From Azolla caroliniana (lineage: Eukaryota > Plantae > Polypodiophyta): a stretch of 64,000 bases of DNA. Where the stretch lies: the NCBI GenBank assembly GCA_043228905.1, contig JBHGNT010000006.1:19778001-19842000 (forward strand). The letters are read 5' to 3'. The position numbers and the translations under genes are program-made. The notes beneath the pieces were generated by a model that made no database searches, had not been told where the DNA came from, and saw only the letters and a program-made list of their open reading frames with translations. The stretch's first letter is position 1, and each line of letters begins with the position of its first letter. Positions 11,452 through 24,289 of the stretch are shown piece by piece.

Positions 11452-14119
11452 GAAAGAGGATGTTTATCCTCAAGACGAACAACATAGGAACCGCTATGTT
11501 TGTGAAAGGGCTGAAGGTCGAGTCAGACATCGACCTATTGCACAAGAGGTTTGGCCACATCAACTTCCGGCGGCTTCGGGAAATGCAGACAAAGAACACT
11601 GTTTTCGGCTTGCCGAAAGGGCCAAGTCTACGAAGCATGCCAATTAGGGAAGCATCACCGACTTCTGTTCCCAAATGAAAGAAAACGGAGCCAAAACAAG
11701 TTCGATTTAATCCATTTGGATGTTTGGGGACCAACGCAGAACGTGAGTATCGGTGGAAGTCGTTCGTTTGTAACCTTCATTGATGACTACATTTGGCACA
11801 CTTGGGCGTGCTTGATCTAGAAGAAAAGTGAAGTTTTCTCCTGCTTCTTGAAGGTGAAAAGACTTATTGAATGGGAGACCGGTCGAAAGATCAAGTGCCT
11901 AAGGTCCGATGGCAGAAAATAGTACTATTCCCACCAGTTCTCTAACTATATGGAAAAGGAAGGAATTCGACGCGAATTTATATGCAGATACACACCGGAG
12001 CAGAAGAATCGGACGATAGAAGAAACGGCTAGGGCAATGCTTGAGGAGAAGCATATGTCGAAGCTTTATTGGGCTGAAACGGTCCAAACTGCCGTATACC
12101 TGCAAAATCAGACTTCTGCAAATGGAGTGTCACCATATTTCGGGAAGAAGCCGAACTTGGCACACTTGAGGGTATTTGGTAGTATTGCATAAGTGCATGT
12201 GCTGAAGGAAAAGTGGAGGAAGTTAGATGTGAAAGCCGAGAAGTGTATCTTGGTCGGTTACTCGGATTAGCAAAACAGTTATAAATGTTATAACCCCCAA
12301 ACGAAAGAGGTCCGAGTAAGCCGAGATGTCATTTTCGGGGAGTCAGCTTCGTGGTACTTGCATTCACCTCCAACCCCCATCCACTCCATTCCAAATTCTA
12401 AGGAAGAGGCCAGTGAGGTTGGTTGCCCCTAGATGAGGAGGCAATCAAATCTCTGGAGGAGAGCCCAATTTCATTTCGGCTAAGTGGGCCGAATGATGAA
12501 CTGAGTCGAAAGGACCAGTTGAAAGAAGAGTCTGCGAGTAGTGGAGACTCGGTCGTGCAGACCCCGCACCAAAAACCGAGGAAACGGTTTACGCACAAGG
12601 AGAAGGGGAAGATGAAGATGTCGGATTAGGGTAGTGAGGCCAATACATCGGATCGAAGCGAATTCAATGTGGCCAGGACCAAAGAGGGACCTCCAAAGAT
12701 GAGGTCGAATTCGGCCAAGAGAGCCACTAAATTGGCAAACCAAAAGTTGCGCAGATCCACCCGCCAGAAGAATCCCGCAATTCGGTACGGGTATAATGAG
12801 TATATGGCGCATCATTATGTGTATGTGATGAAGGTGACTGAAGTGTGTGAGTTGGAGAGCTACGTAGAAGCGGCAAAAGACACCAATCAGCGAAAAGCAA
12901 TGGAGGAAGAGACGTGATCATTATCAGAAAACGAGACTTGGGACCTGGTTGACACACCCAAGGGTGTGAAGCCGATCGGATGCATGTGGGTGTACAAGGT
13001 CAAGTACAATGTCGACAGCTCGGTTAACCGCTATAAGGCCTGATTGATGGCAAAGGGCTACGTGCAGAAACATGGCCTCGATTACGATGAGACCTTCGCA
13101 CTAGTCATGAAAAGGACAACTATCCATGTATTGCTGGCGGTAGTAGCGGCAAAGGGGTGGCACTTACATTAGATGGATGTAAATAATGCCTTCTTGGAAG
13201 GCGATCTTGAGGAACACGTGTACATGGTACAACCGGGCCCGGATTTCTATTCGAATGAAACACCTCGGCAATTTGCCGATTGAAGAAGTCGTTGTATGGA
13301 CTTAAGCAAGACCTGCATGCTTGGAACGCGACGATCACGCAACGACTGCGTAATATGGGGTTTGCTCCATCGAAATCGAACTCTTCGTTGTTCATTCGAC
13401 AGAGTTGGACCGGACCTATTAGGATTTTGCTATATGTCGATGAACTAGTCATCGCCGGCGCCGACCTCAGAGAAATCGGCGAAGTAAAGTCTCAGCTTGC
13501 GGCATCATTCGAAATGAAGGATATGGGGGACCTTCATTACTTCCTCAAGATTGAAGTGATCTGAACCCCCGAAGGCATATTGATCAGCCAACGTTATTAT
13601 GTGTTGAATATGCTCTTCAAGTTCGGGATGGTGGATTGTAAGTCCGTCTCAACCCCTCTGGATAGGAACATGAAGCTTCGCCAAAATTCGGGAATGGCGT
13701 GCGACCCGACACGGTTATGACAAATTGTCGGAAGCCTCATCTATTTGACGATCACTCGGTCGGACCTCAACTACCCGGTCAGCTTGATCAGTCAATTCAT
13801 GTCGCAGTCAAAGGCCAAACACCTTTAGTTCGCACAAAGGATATCGCAATATGTCAGTGTCACTAAGGATAGGGCATTGTTATATCATAATGGTGTAGCT
13901 GGACAATTAGTCGGTTACACGGATGCCGATTGGGCCGGAAATGCCAACAATCGACGATATACATCGGGGTTTGCGTTTTCACTTGGAACAACAAAAAGAA
14001 GCGAACAATGGCACTGTCGAGTACTAAGGACAAGTATCGAGGGGCAGTTGTCGCTACGTGCGAAGCCATTTGGCTCACAAGGCTATTGAAGGATTTGCAA
14101 GTGGAGGTGTCTGAACCGA
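11452..14119 (+). mobile_element. Ty1/Copia internal fragment (GAG-pre-integrase, integrase, RT, start of RNase H), degenerate
   Basis: LLHKRFGHINF, IHLDVWGP, HLRVFGS, KKSLYGLKQ, LLYVDEL and GYTDADWAG motifs with many stops. Closely related to the element at 5134. Confidence 0.92.
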
Positions 14120-14538
14120 TGTTGGCCTTTAGAGTATAATCCAGAGAAGTGTGGATAGGGAAGAGTTGGAGCGGAGGAATATTATTAATATTAGTTAATA
14201 AGTATTAAGGAAAGGATGGATCCGGATAGTTGTACTGATCTGGATCCACACTGATTAGTAGCTGGTAGCCGATAAGACATTGTTTTGTAATCTGTATCGG
14301 ATGCCTATAAAAGGATACAGATTTGTAAGTAATTAGGTGATTAACTACGGGTTAATTAGTACCTAATTATGTGATTAGTTAATCATCCCCCATCTTGTAT
14401 TGTTCATAAGTGCTAACTTCCTCTCTCTCTCTTCCTCTCACACACATATCACTTAATCTTTCGCTTATCAACTAATCACATAATTAGGTACTAATTAACC
14501 CATAGTTAATCACCTAATTATTAACATGGTATTAGAGT
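14120..14538 (+). mobile_element. Copia-type 5' LTR (14120-14526) plus tRNA-iMet PBS
   Basis: TGTTG...TTAACA termini, TATA box CCTATAAAAGG at about 14304, followed by TGGTATTAGAG (compare TGGTATCAGAGC). Confidence 0.8.
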
Positions 14539-15126
14539 GAACTCTATGTTGGCCTCCGACTCCGCAAGCACCTCCAACTCGGAAGATGTGTGGTTCGTCG
14601 ACTACGGCGCCTCACATCATATGATGTCACACCAAGAGTGGTTTCGTGACTTACAAATGCCGGACCGACCCGGCTTCATAGAGACGGGAGACGACACCAC
14701 ACATCCCATTCGGCACATCGGCAATGTCCCATTCGGGAAAGAAGGCGAGCAAACTTGCATCAAGAATGTCTTGCATGTGCCCACAATAACGAAGAATTTG
14801 GTCTCCGTCGGCCAAATTGTGGAGCGAGGCATGCAAGTCTGCTTCAACAACGAAGGATGCAAGCCGAATCGACCATCTATTGCGACTTACAAAGTGCAAT
14901 ACACCACATTAGGAATCCTATCTACCATGTGAAGATGAAACATATTGATGTGCGATTTCATCACATACGGGAGCTCATAATGGAGAAGAAGCTCGAAGTC
15001 CGGAAGATCGACACTAAAGTGAACATCATCGATTGGTTGTCGAAGCCACTCCTAGAACAATGCTTCAGAGCACTGAGGAACATGATGGGACTACGACTAG
15101 CAACTGAGCATAAAGGAGCCAAATGA
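14539..15126 (+). mobile_element. Fused Copia fragments: protease joined to the RNase H end of another Copia family
   Basis: WFVDYGASHHM...KNLVSVGQ up to about 14860, then IYCDLQSAIH...KHIDVRFHHIRE. Confidence 0.8.
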
Positions 15127-15308
15127 ATAATAGTAGGAAAGTCGAAGACCAACCCGATCGGACAAGTTGAAAAGGCAAAGTTCAAAGAATTGGAATGTCG
15201 AGAGGCTAAAGACACATCATTGAGCAAGGAAACCAATTGGAGAGGAGACGATCGAGGGACGAAAGAACTATAGTAAATAGTGCTCGGCCACAACCGAGTC
15301 TCAGTCAC

Positions 15309-15535
15309 TATGGAAGAAAAACTAAACAGAAATAGAGACTTATGCACTTATACTCAAAATGGGTCGACACAGGATATAACATGGAAAAACCCTAATCGGC
15401 AAACACCACGGGAGTTCTCGGAACTCCAAATAGAATCACTATAGGGAGGAGGTATTACAGTAAGAGTCTTAGAGGCAATGGCCTCAAGCTCTTTGTCTTT
15501 GCCAACCTACGGTTACAAACAGAAAAGGCGATCTG

Positions 15536-15618
<83 letters not shown>

Positions 15619-16523
15619 AACGATAACTCTCATTGCCAAACGCTACAACAACAAGAATGACTACTACCTAACAATATTGCCCTACTTATATTTATACTTA
15701 TATAACTTTGGGGTTATTTAGCAAAATGACATGAAACAGCCACATCAGAACATATACATAAACTAATTGTCTGGCCGGTTACCAACCGGATCCATCCAAT
15801 CCAATTTTCGGATATCCTTCGGATCCATCCGGTTTGGTTCCTTCCTTCAACACGTCTGATCTGGCTCCTCCGGTTCTCATTCGGATCCCATCCGGAGGGA
15901 CCGAATTCCCAACACGAACCTCAAGACAAATCAAGGATCCATCGAGGAGCACAAGAGCAAGCACGAGCGGGAAGCAAATGATCGACCAGAGGCCAAGAGT
16001 TGGAATCAGACACAAGTCGATCTGAACGAACGAGTTGATTCAGACAAAATTCGATCCATACCAATCGATCCGACCAACTCAAACAAGCCGACCCAGACAA
16101 CATACGATCTAGATAACTAGTCGAATTAGGCTAAAGCCCAACTTTACCTTTGCAAATTCAGCTAAACGCCGACTATCTAGTATGTATACAATTGTAACTT
16201 AGATTAAAATTGTAATCTAGGTTTACAGTGGAGATAACCCCAATCACTAGTATATGTAGGAAGAGTAGCCCTTTTACGGGGGAGTTTGTTGGCATAAAAG
16301 GCTGACTCCTTCCACTTTGTATCCTTAGTGGTTAGGGCTTGATTATATAAGCCCAATTGTATCGTTGTAATAAGTTTTCAAAAGAGAATAATGAGTTTCC
16401 ATGAGAGCTTACATTGTATATCTGCTTCTTGCTTCCTGTATATCGAGCATACTCTACTTCTCTGTTTTGTACATGTTGTTTGCTTGACACATTACCTTGC
16501 AAGTCGTCACATATTCTTCCACA
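15309..16523. mobile_element. LTR-like remnants including a (GT)n microsatellite at 15540-15616
   Basis: LTR-like ends (CCTTCAACA at 15852, CTTCCACA at 16523) and TATA-like motifs. No matching TSD found, so boundaries are uncertain. Confidence 0.4.
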
Positions 16524-16525
16524 TA

Positions 16526-19025
16526 TTATCTACAACAATGACAATGCTCGCAAAAGTCCGTCTTCAACTGGAGTTTCGGGATGTAGCCGATCGCCATTAG
16601 TTGATTCAATCTAGCTTGAGACATATGGCCGAGTCGGCCGTGCGATAAGTTCGAACCTAACGATTCAGGTACGTTCACTATGCCCTCCGGATTGATCTCC
16701 ATTAATTGATACAGGTTTTGTACTTGCATCTACTCCCAATTTTCATATTTCCTTAGTTAATCATCCATGACAACTCACTAAGAGTCATTCTGTACCCAAC
16801 TTTGGCCAGCATGCCGATGGAGACCAGACTCCTCTCCAGCTCGGGTACGCGCCGGACTTGGTGTAGGGTGATTGAATTGTTCTTCGAAAATTGAATGGGG
16901 ACCTCGCCGATCCCTACAATTACGCATTCATGCTCGATGTCGAGTCAGATTATGCTACTGGCTCCGACTGAATAGTTCAAAAACCATTTGATATTAAGGG
17001 TTACGTGAAAAGTGGTGCCTGAGTCCAACAACCACGTTCGTGCGTCATGCTCACTATATAGGACTTCTCCGATTGTAGAGTCCTCCAAAAATGATTTCTC
17101 CCAATCGAGAGTCGGCAAAATTGACTTGGTTGCCGGTAGGAGAACGGTTTGAATCAGACTATCCTGTCGCCCGATCGAATTGCCAACCATTCTCTTTTCT
17201 TTTTATTAACTAGCAGTCGAAAATGTTGTGGCCGGCCTTTCTGCAATGTATGCAAAAGGCCTTCAACCGACCATTCCTTGATTTCAACCTTTGCCGATCG
17301 TCCCTCCTTCTCGACCAATTGGTGCTTCGGTTGATTCTTTCGGCTTGTTCTCTTGATCGACTGGTTCGTCCAATCAGATCAACCAAGTAGTGGGCTTTTG
17401 CGGATTCGTCGATGGTGAGGCCCATCGATTTTCGCCGAATATCCTCAGTGAGAACTTGTCCAATTGTCTCATCCAAATTGAGATTTGGACAGTTATTGGC
17501 GAATGTCGTGCAAAATACCTCCCAAAAACTAACAAGCTCGAAAGGAGGGCAAGGGCTTTAACTTCTTCTTCGAATTTAATCTCGTTGTCGTGAAGTACGA
17601 AAGCTTTACATTAAAAGTCTACAATAAGATAAATACGTAATGAAAATAAAATAAACCTTTATAATGTTAATAACATACTATGATAATATTATACATTATA
17701 TGTAGAGAGAAAAATATATATATCTATTATATTACATGTACAAGAGAGGATTTGAACTAATAAACCCTACCTTATGACACTCAAAAGGTTACCATTTAGC
17801 CTATACTTATAATTTGCAAAATAATATATGATTTGAAGTAGTATTTTATAGTCTAAACCATGTAATATAATACATGCATACCATATAGTAAATTACATGG
17901 GCAAAAGAGGACTTGAACCAACAACCTCAACCTTATAGTGTTCAAACCTTACCATTTAACCTATACTTATAATGTGTATAAATATGTCTTGTTTTCATTT
18001 GAAGTAGTATTATATGGTTTAAACCATCAAACGTGCTACATGTGTACCATATAGCACACATGCAAGAGCCTCTCTGAATGTGCGCCACATGGCCCACATG
18101 TAGAACCATCTCTTCCCTATAAAAGGAGAAGGAAGTATAGACAAAAGGACCCAAGAAATAAGATTGAGAGGATTATATTGGATCTAGAGAAAGATATATT
18201 ATAATAGAGAAAGAGGGAGAGAAAGGTACTCTCAAGGGAAGAGAAGAACTAGCTTGGTGGTTGTGGTCCTTAACTCGCGACGAAAGGGTGGTGGTTCAAG
18301 TCTTATACTTGTCGAGAGATTGAAGGAAAGACTATGGTCCACTATTAAAAAAGAGGAAGGTGGTTACCTTGCGAGACAAGAATTGAAGGTTCAACGACGC
18401 TTGCAACCATTTTGTATCTCTTTCATGAAAATGATTATAAATTTCATATAATTTCTCAAATATTATTTTATATCTTATCTTGTCATATCTTATATTCCTT
18501 AAAAATCCTATCTTGTCATATCTTATTGGTCTCTATCCACTCCATCTCTACTCTTTCATCTCTTCCATCCATAATCCCAACAATTCCTTCCTCACTTTCA
18601 CGTTATTTTTTGTCTGCGCAACGCTATGCTTCTAGGCGAGCCACGTCACGACATCGTGGGAGGAGAGTTCAAACAACACCCGGTTGAAGGTGTTGATGCA
18701 GGAGGACGTCGGAACCATCTCTCTCATCTTCATATTGAATAGTTGTCGAGTCAGTATGAGCTTCGATGAGGAGGATTTTTTCTCATACAGGTCCTGAAGT
18801 TTCTCCCACAAAAAGAATGTTGATGTCTCCTTTGCCATGCTGTAATAGCCATTTTTAGCCAAGTGCCTTCTAATGGTAGATCTGGCGATTTTGTCCAGGA
18901 ATCTCCACTCCTCGGTTGACACTGAAGTAGGCCATGCATTATGCCATATGGATTCTATTTGTCTTCGGATTATAAGCACATCTTGCATCATTTCCTTCTA
19001 CAAGGCGAAGTTCTTTCCGTCGAAT
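16526..19025 (-). mobile_element. Ty1/Copia gag-protease-pre-integrase fragment, interrupted by a solo LTR
   Basis: gag (LWEKLQDLYEKKSSSSKL; FEEEVKALALLSSL), zinc knuckle CIHCRKAGHNIFDC, protease WLLDSGTTFHVT, and HGRLGHMS. Confidence 0.88.
17586..18653 (+). mobile_element. Solo LTR with TGTCGTG...CACGACA termini and a 4-bp TSD
   Basis: TSD TCGT (17582-17585 / 18654-18657). Removal restores the Copia gag frame ELSSHEIKFEEEV. TATA box at 18118. Confidence 0.88.
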
Positions 19026-20548
19026 TGAGAGGTTCCTTGAGCACCCGATCAATGACTTGCTCAATTGTGTCCTCTTTGAAATCTAATACTACCAATGTTG
19101 TCCTAAGAGGTTCCTTGAGAGCCATCATGAATGTTTCTTACAAATCTTCATCTACAGGTGAGTGCACCAACTGCCTCCGAAGATTCTGGAACCAAATGAT
19201 AAACTGTGGAATTGTCTCATGTGGTTCTTGATATGCAGCATAGAACTGACTCCTCAGTTCTTGTTGTGTTATTCTTCGATGAAATAATCTGACGAATTTG
19301 TTAGTGAGTTGTTTGAAATATTCAAACTCTCCCTGGTCATGTTGTGAATACCAATTCGTTGATTGACTGACCCTCCAATGATAATCTGAATTCTGCAATC
19401 TTCGACACATCCATTCAGTGATATTCCGAATTCGGCATGTGACATTCTTTGAGACACGTGGTTAGCCTGCCATGTAGTAAGAAAGGCGGGCACATGCACT
19501 TCAGCATCAGGATCATCGTTGTATTTGGGATATGGGTACGACATCATCTCTTCTTCTTGAATGTTGCTTGAAGTTAAAAAATGCCATAATTTAGCAAAAT
19601 TTTAAAAATGTACAATGCATGCGTACATGGTTTAGGGAAACATAGCGAAATTTTAAACTAAATAAATTCCAAACAACATGTGGATTCTATATCTCTTGTT
19701 TTGGTATCCATATCTAAATTGCAGAACAGAATTCTAGGCAAGTTAAATTTTATTAACTTTAATTGTGGTGAAGAATGTTTTCGTTAACTTCGGATGTCTC
19801 ACCCTCCGAGCTACTATCATCTGAAGTCTCTAATTCAGGAATCGGTGTTAATTTGTCCTCAGCTTCTTTCCAAGATAATTTTGCTTGTCGATGCTCTTAT
19901 CGAGTATGGGTTGCTCTACGTCTCACAGAGCCATCATTGTTACTCTGATCATACAACATCCATGCTCCTTTTGTTGTTGTCTCTCATAGATCAAACCGGG
20001 GGTACCAAATTGTGTTACTACTCTCTAGGAACACGAGTCAAATACTTAATCCCTAAGTATCCTTATCAAGGTTTGTGGTTGGGGAGGTGGACTTATAATT
20101 AGAAATTAGACATAGATAAACACATGAATCACATAAATTACACTAGTTAACTGATCGGTTGCTATAGAGATACTTAGGCACTATCCAAATCAGCCACAAC
20201 CGATCAGCTTAGCATAGTATACTTAAAATTAGATATGAACACAAACACAATATACTCCAAATAAAATTATATTACTCCTAGCACTAACTTACAGACCGAT
20301 CGTTTTTACAATTTTTCGTGCCCCTTTATATAGGAAGCATGTAAAGGTTACATCAAGAAATTACATGCCATTTGGCCACCGTTAACTAACTAACTGACTC
20401 CTACTATTTTCACAATTTCGACCATTATTATTTGTCTTTGTCTTTGTCTTTTCGGCTATGTCTTTCTCCGGATTCACACTTGTCTAGCTACATACTTGTT
20501 TAGGCCTTTCGGCCCTTTCCCACCTTGGGTCGTCTTGCCTAGCTAACA
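19025..20548 (-). mobile_element. Gypsy 5' fragment: LTR (20013-20548), PBS-like site, gag remnant
   Basis: TGTTA...TAACA termini. TGGTACCCCCGG next to the LTR on the minus strand. gag pieces YPKYNDDPDAEVHV and QFYAAYQEPHETIPQF. Confidence 0.72.
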
Positions 20549-23500
20549 AACAAAAGACTGACTATTCTATATTTTTAATAATGCAGACCACCCTTCACTA
20601 TCATATAAGGATAAAAGAAAGATCAGTAAGAAAAGAAATAAAGCTTTTGTGTGGACTATAGAGATGGATCAAGACCTGCTTTTAGTGGATACAAATACAC
20701 TATAAATTTGTCCACTGGAGAGCCCTTGTCATTGATAGGGTTTCAGTCGATAACAAGATCAAACCAAAGAAGAGAACGAGAAGGCAAGTGTCTTGATAAG
20801 AATAAAAACATTGCAAGAATACACTAAAGACTGACATTAAACTAGAATGGTTCATCAATATTAGAGCACTTGCTTATATAATCTACTTGGACAAATGCAA
20901 GCTCACCACTTTGCAACCACGTATGATTGCCACTTGTGCAAAGTGGCAACATATCATAATAATATGTGTACTTTCAAGACTAATTATGGAAAGCCAAAAC
21001 AAATATTATGTATAATATAGTACGGATTATAGCAATTTATATATATGCTTATGCCATTATCCCCTTCCTTTGATGATAAGTTTCATGACATGCAATGCGA
21101 GAATTGGGACTTGGCTTATTGACATATCAATGATGAAATTTAGCAACAAGTTTTACGGCAATAACAAGATTCTTAGTAGGTTCCCACATTTGATCACTTG
21201 GTGAACAACCTAACCAATCAAAAAAATATTATAAATTGTAGTTTGTGTGTTGTTGCATTTGGTATGACAACATTATCACGGAAATATTTGTATGTGTAAA
21301 ATATGAATGAGACCATTAAGGTCTTGAACCAAGAAAGATGGAGTTGAGGTTGGTGTCTTTAGAATTTGTTAAAGTCAAAATTTTAAGATGACACATATAC
21401 ATGTGCTTAATAACGTCACCACTTGAATTGTGTTAGCATTGAATATTGTGCTCATAAGATCATGAGTGTGGAATTTCCTGATTAGTGAGTGTTTGAACAA
21501 TGATGGCGCACATTAAATGTTTGTGCCAAAGATGGTGTGACACTTTGTGTTAAATTCACAAAGGTATGTATTATTTCACTTATCTTCATGCATATGACAT
21601 ATTTACAAATGTGCACGTGAGACAACTTGTTTGATCTTCAATTTGCATGTAAAAAAGTATCAATGCGCATGTGAATGGATGTAAATGTGTAATATATGGG
21701 TTAACATGTGTGTGTGGATGCATATGAAATGTGGAATTGTATGTGTACCTATTTATTTTCTTATATGCACGTGAATGTTTGTGTTTTCTATGCATGTGTG
21801 CTTGTTTTGGGGGAAGGAGGGAGATGAGAATTCAACAAATAGGAGAGGTTTTAAAGGATAGGGGAAAAGGGTCGTTGAAGAATAAAATGAATTGAGGGGT
21901 AGCTTAATAGTTTTAAAATTTAAAGGGTGTGCATGAATTTGTTTTTCGGGGAACTCGAGAGGTGCCTAGCTTGGATGCCAAACCTAGGGTTGGGTAATCG
22001 AACATGAGTTGAGCCTAGGGTTGGGTATTTACTCGTGCTTATGTAGGGTGAATGATGAGGAGGGTTGTTGTTGACCTCATATGCAACAAATGATAACATT
22101 GTGTTCATACAATTTAGTGTTGTTGAATTGCGACATTATTCTTCATATGTACAAAATTGACCAGCAGGCATGGAATGCTACATCTCATCTCGCCCCAACA
22201 CTTGGAGAGCTTGTCTTGATCATGACGTCGTGATGTGGGGACCTCACGAGATGAAAATCATTGGATTCAAGATACATGAAAGGTTGAAGGATAGGGCAAA
22301 AGTACAACAAGAAAGGTAGGAGATAGGATGAGACTTAACAAAACAAAAAGACTTATCTCAATTCACAAGAACTTACTCTTACAATGATAAGGTCAAAGGT
22401 TTGTTTGGGCCATGAAAGGAATATGTGGATAGTGGGTCAAATGAAGGCATTGTGTAAGGATTTGATGGGATAATCAACATTTTGCTCAGATTAGGCGCCT
22501 TAAGAAGATAAGTATAGGTGCATGCCAAAGCAAGTCCTACTATTTATATTTGCATGAGGAACGCTAGAAGCCTGTAGAAGGGGCAAGAGAGCTCATTGTC
22601 GAGGGTCAGTTTTTTGTACAAGGTGGAAGTGTTGTCGAGATTTCGATCAGGCTCATGGTTGTGGATCGAGAGAGGATTTGTTGGATGTTGTTTGTTGGGA
22701 TGTTACATTGAAACTCGAGGATTTCCCTCTAAAGCTCTTCACCTTGATCCATTACTACTTCTATCTTATCTATTTGAAGATCAAGCCACTCCATGTAATA
22801 GAGTCGCGATTTTATCTCGCTTGAACATGAGTAAGAACTATGATCCATTTGATGTAATACAATGTTGCTTTTTTATATACCTACAAAAATATATTTGTAG
22901 TGAATCTTTTGTTATAGTGAGTTTCATAATCATTCAAGGATTGTGGTGGATTTATAAAATCAGAAATCTGAGTATGGAGCAGGAAGATACGTGGAATTGC
23001 CTCAAATTCGATGAAAGATAGAACATGAATCTGAGCTCCAAGCAGGATGTTACATGGGAGAAATTAGCACTTGAATGACGAGTCAAGTCCATCACACCAG
23101 TTAAGGCTAACATCCCTTGGATCGGAGGGTGCTTGACCAAAAGGGCAACATTTGTAATTTTGAGAAATAATTCCCAAAACGGGAGGGGGGGATCAATTCA
23201 TAGAAGGAAGGGTTTTGCTTGAACCCATTTTTAATAAGTTAAAGCTCTGGTTCGAGGAGAGGAGAGTTCTAATTTGAACTTCACTCTAAATTGAGAAAAT
23301 GCCTTGTCAACCAATGTTGCAATTGTTGTCACCGCCTACACGTCTTCGTTGAAATAGTTGCTACAACCATCGCCCAACATCACCACTGACCCTGTTGCAA
23401 GTGATGTCTACCCGCCATGCTTACCTTTACAAATACTTTAAGGAAAAAAACTTTAGAACCCATTCACTAACACATACTCCTTTGCTTTGTCCCCAAATAC

Positions 23501-24289
23501 CCCTCCTACCTACTAACACACACACACACATAAACATTGAAGGGAACATTTGCAAACACATGCACATTAATATTTAGAAATAACATATCCATACACATAT
23601 ATTTGCCTCCTTGTATGTTAATATTCATCAAACCAAAGCATTGTTTTGCACATATAAAACACACAATAATTATAAACTCTTAGGAGTCTCACACTTTCAC
23701 ACACAATCATATGCTTATATCCCTAAGTGTTCCTACACACACACACACATCCTATCATGCACACAAGTTTATGAAAAGAGGAAAAAGAAATTTCAAGGAT
23801 GGAAGGTGACAACTCAAGTCCATTCTATCCTCTTTGGTTGAAGTCACCTATTATAGATCTAGGTACTAAAGTAAGCTTAAGATAAGGATAAAGAAATGAA
23901 AGATAGAAAGGAGAAAGAGAAAGAAGGGTGCCGATCCACCCGACCACCCCCGAGCGAAGGGATCGAGACGGACTCGAGCCTCGATCGGCGTCCCATACCA
24001 CCGTCGTGGCGTCGAGTCGTACTTGGTGCTGGAGCGCTCGCTACAAGAGTTGACCCACCACACGAGCAGAGTCTCGATGTAGTCAAAAGATGATCCAATG
24101 AGGGTAGCTAGGCCTCTTATTTATAGCGATACCCAAGCCCCCCAGGAAAGTTCACACTTGACCTAATGGGTTGTCTCAATCCCGAGGATTAAAAGTAATC
24201 CTCCCCTTCTTTACACTCTCGTTTAACCCTCACACTTATCCACGTGTATAGAATACTACGGTAAATTCTTACCACGGGATATTATATGG

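Noticed and set aside
11192-11734. 180-aa ORF as one real protein
   Set aside because: It is chimeric: the part above about 11450 is the antisense of a Copia pre-integrase region.
20550-23840. Genes or defined elements in this AT-rich stretch
   Set aside because: Only weak TE-like traces. I could not establish motifs, termini or TSDs.
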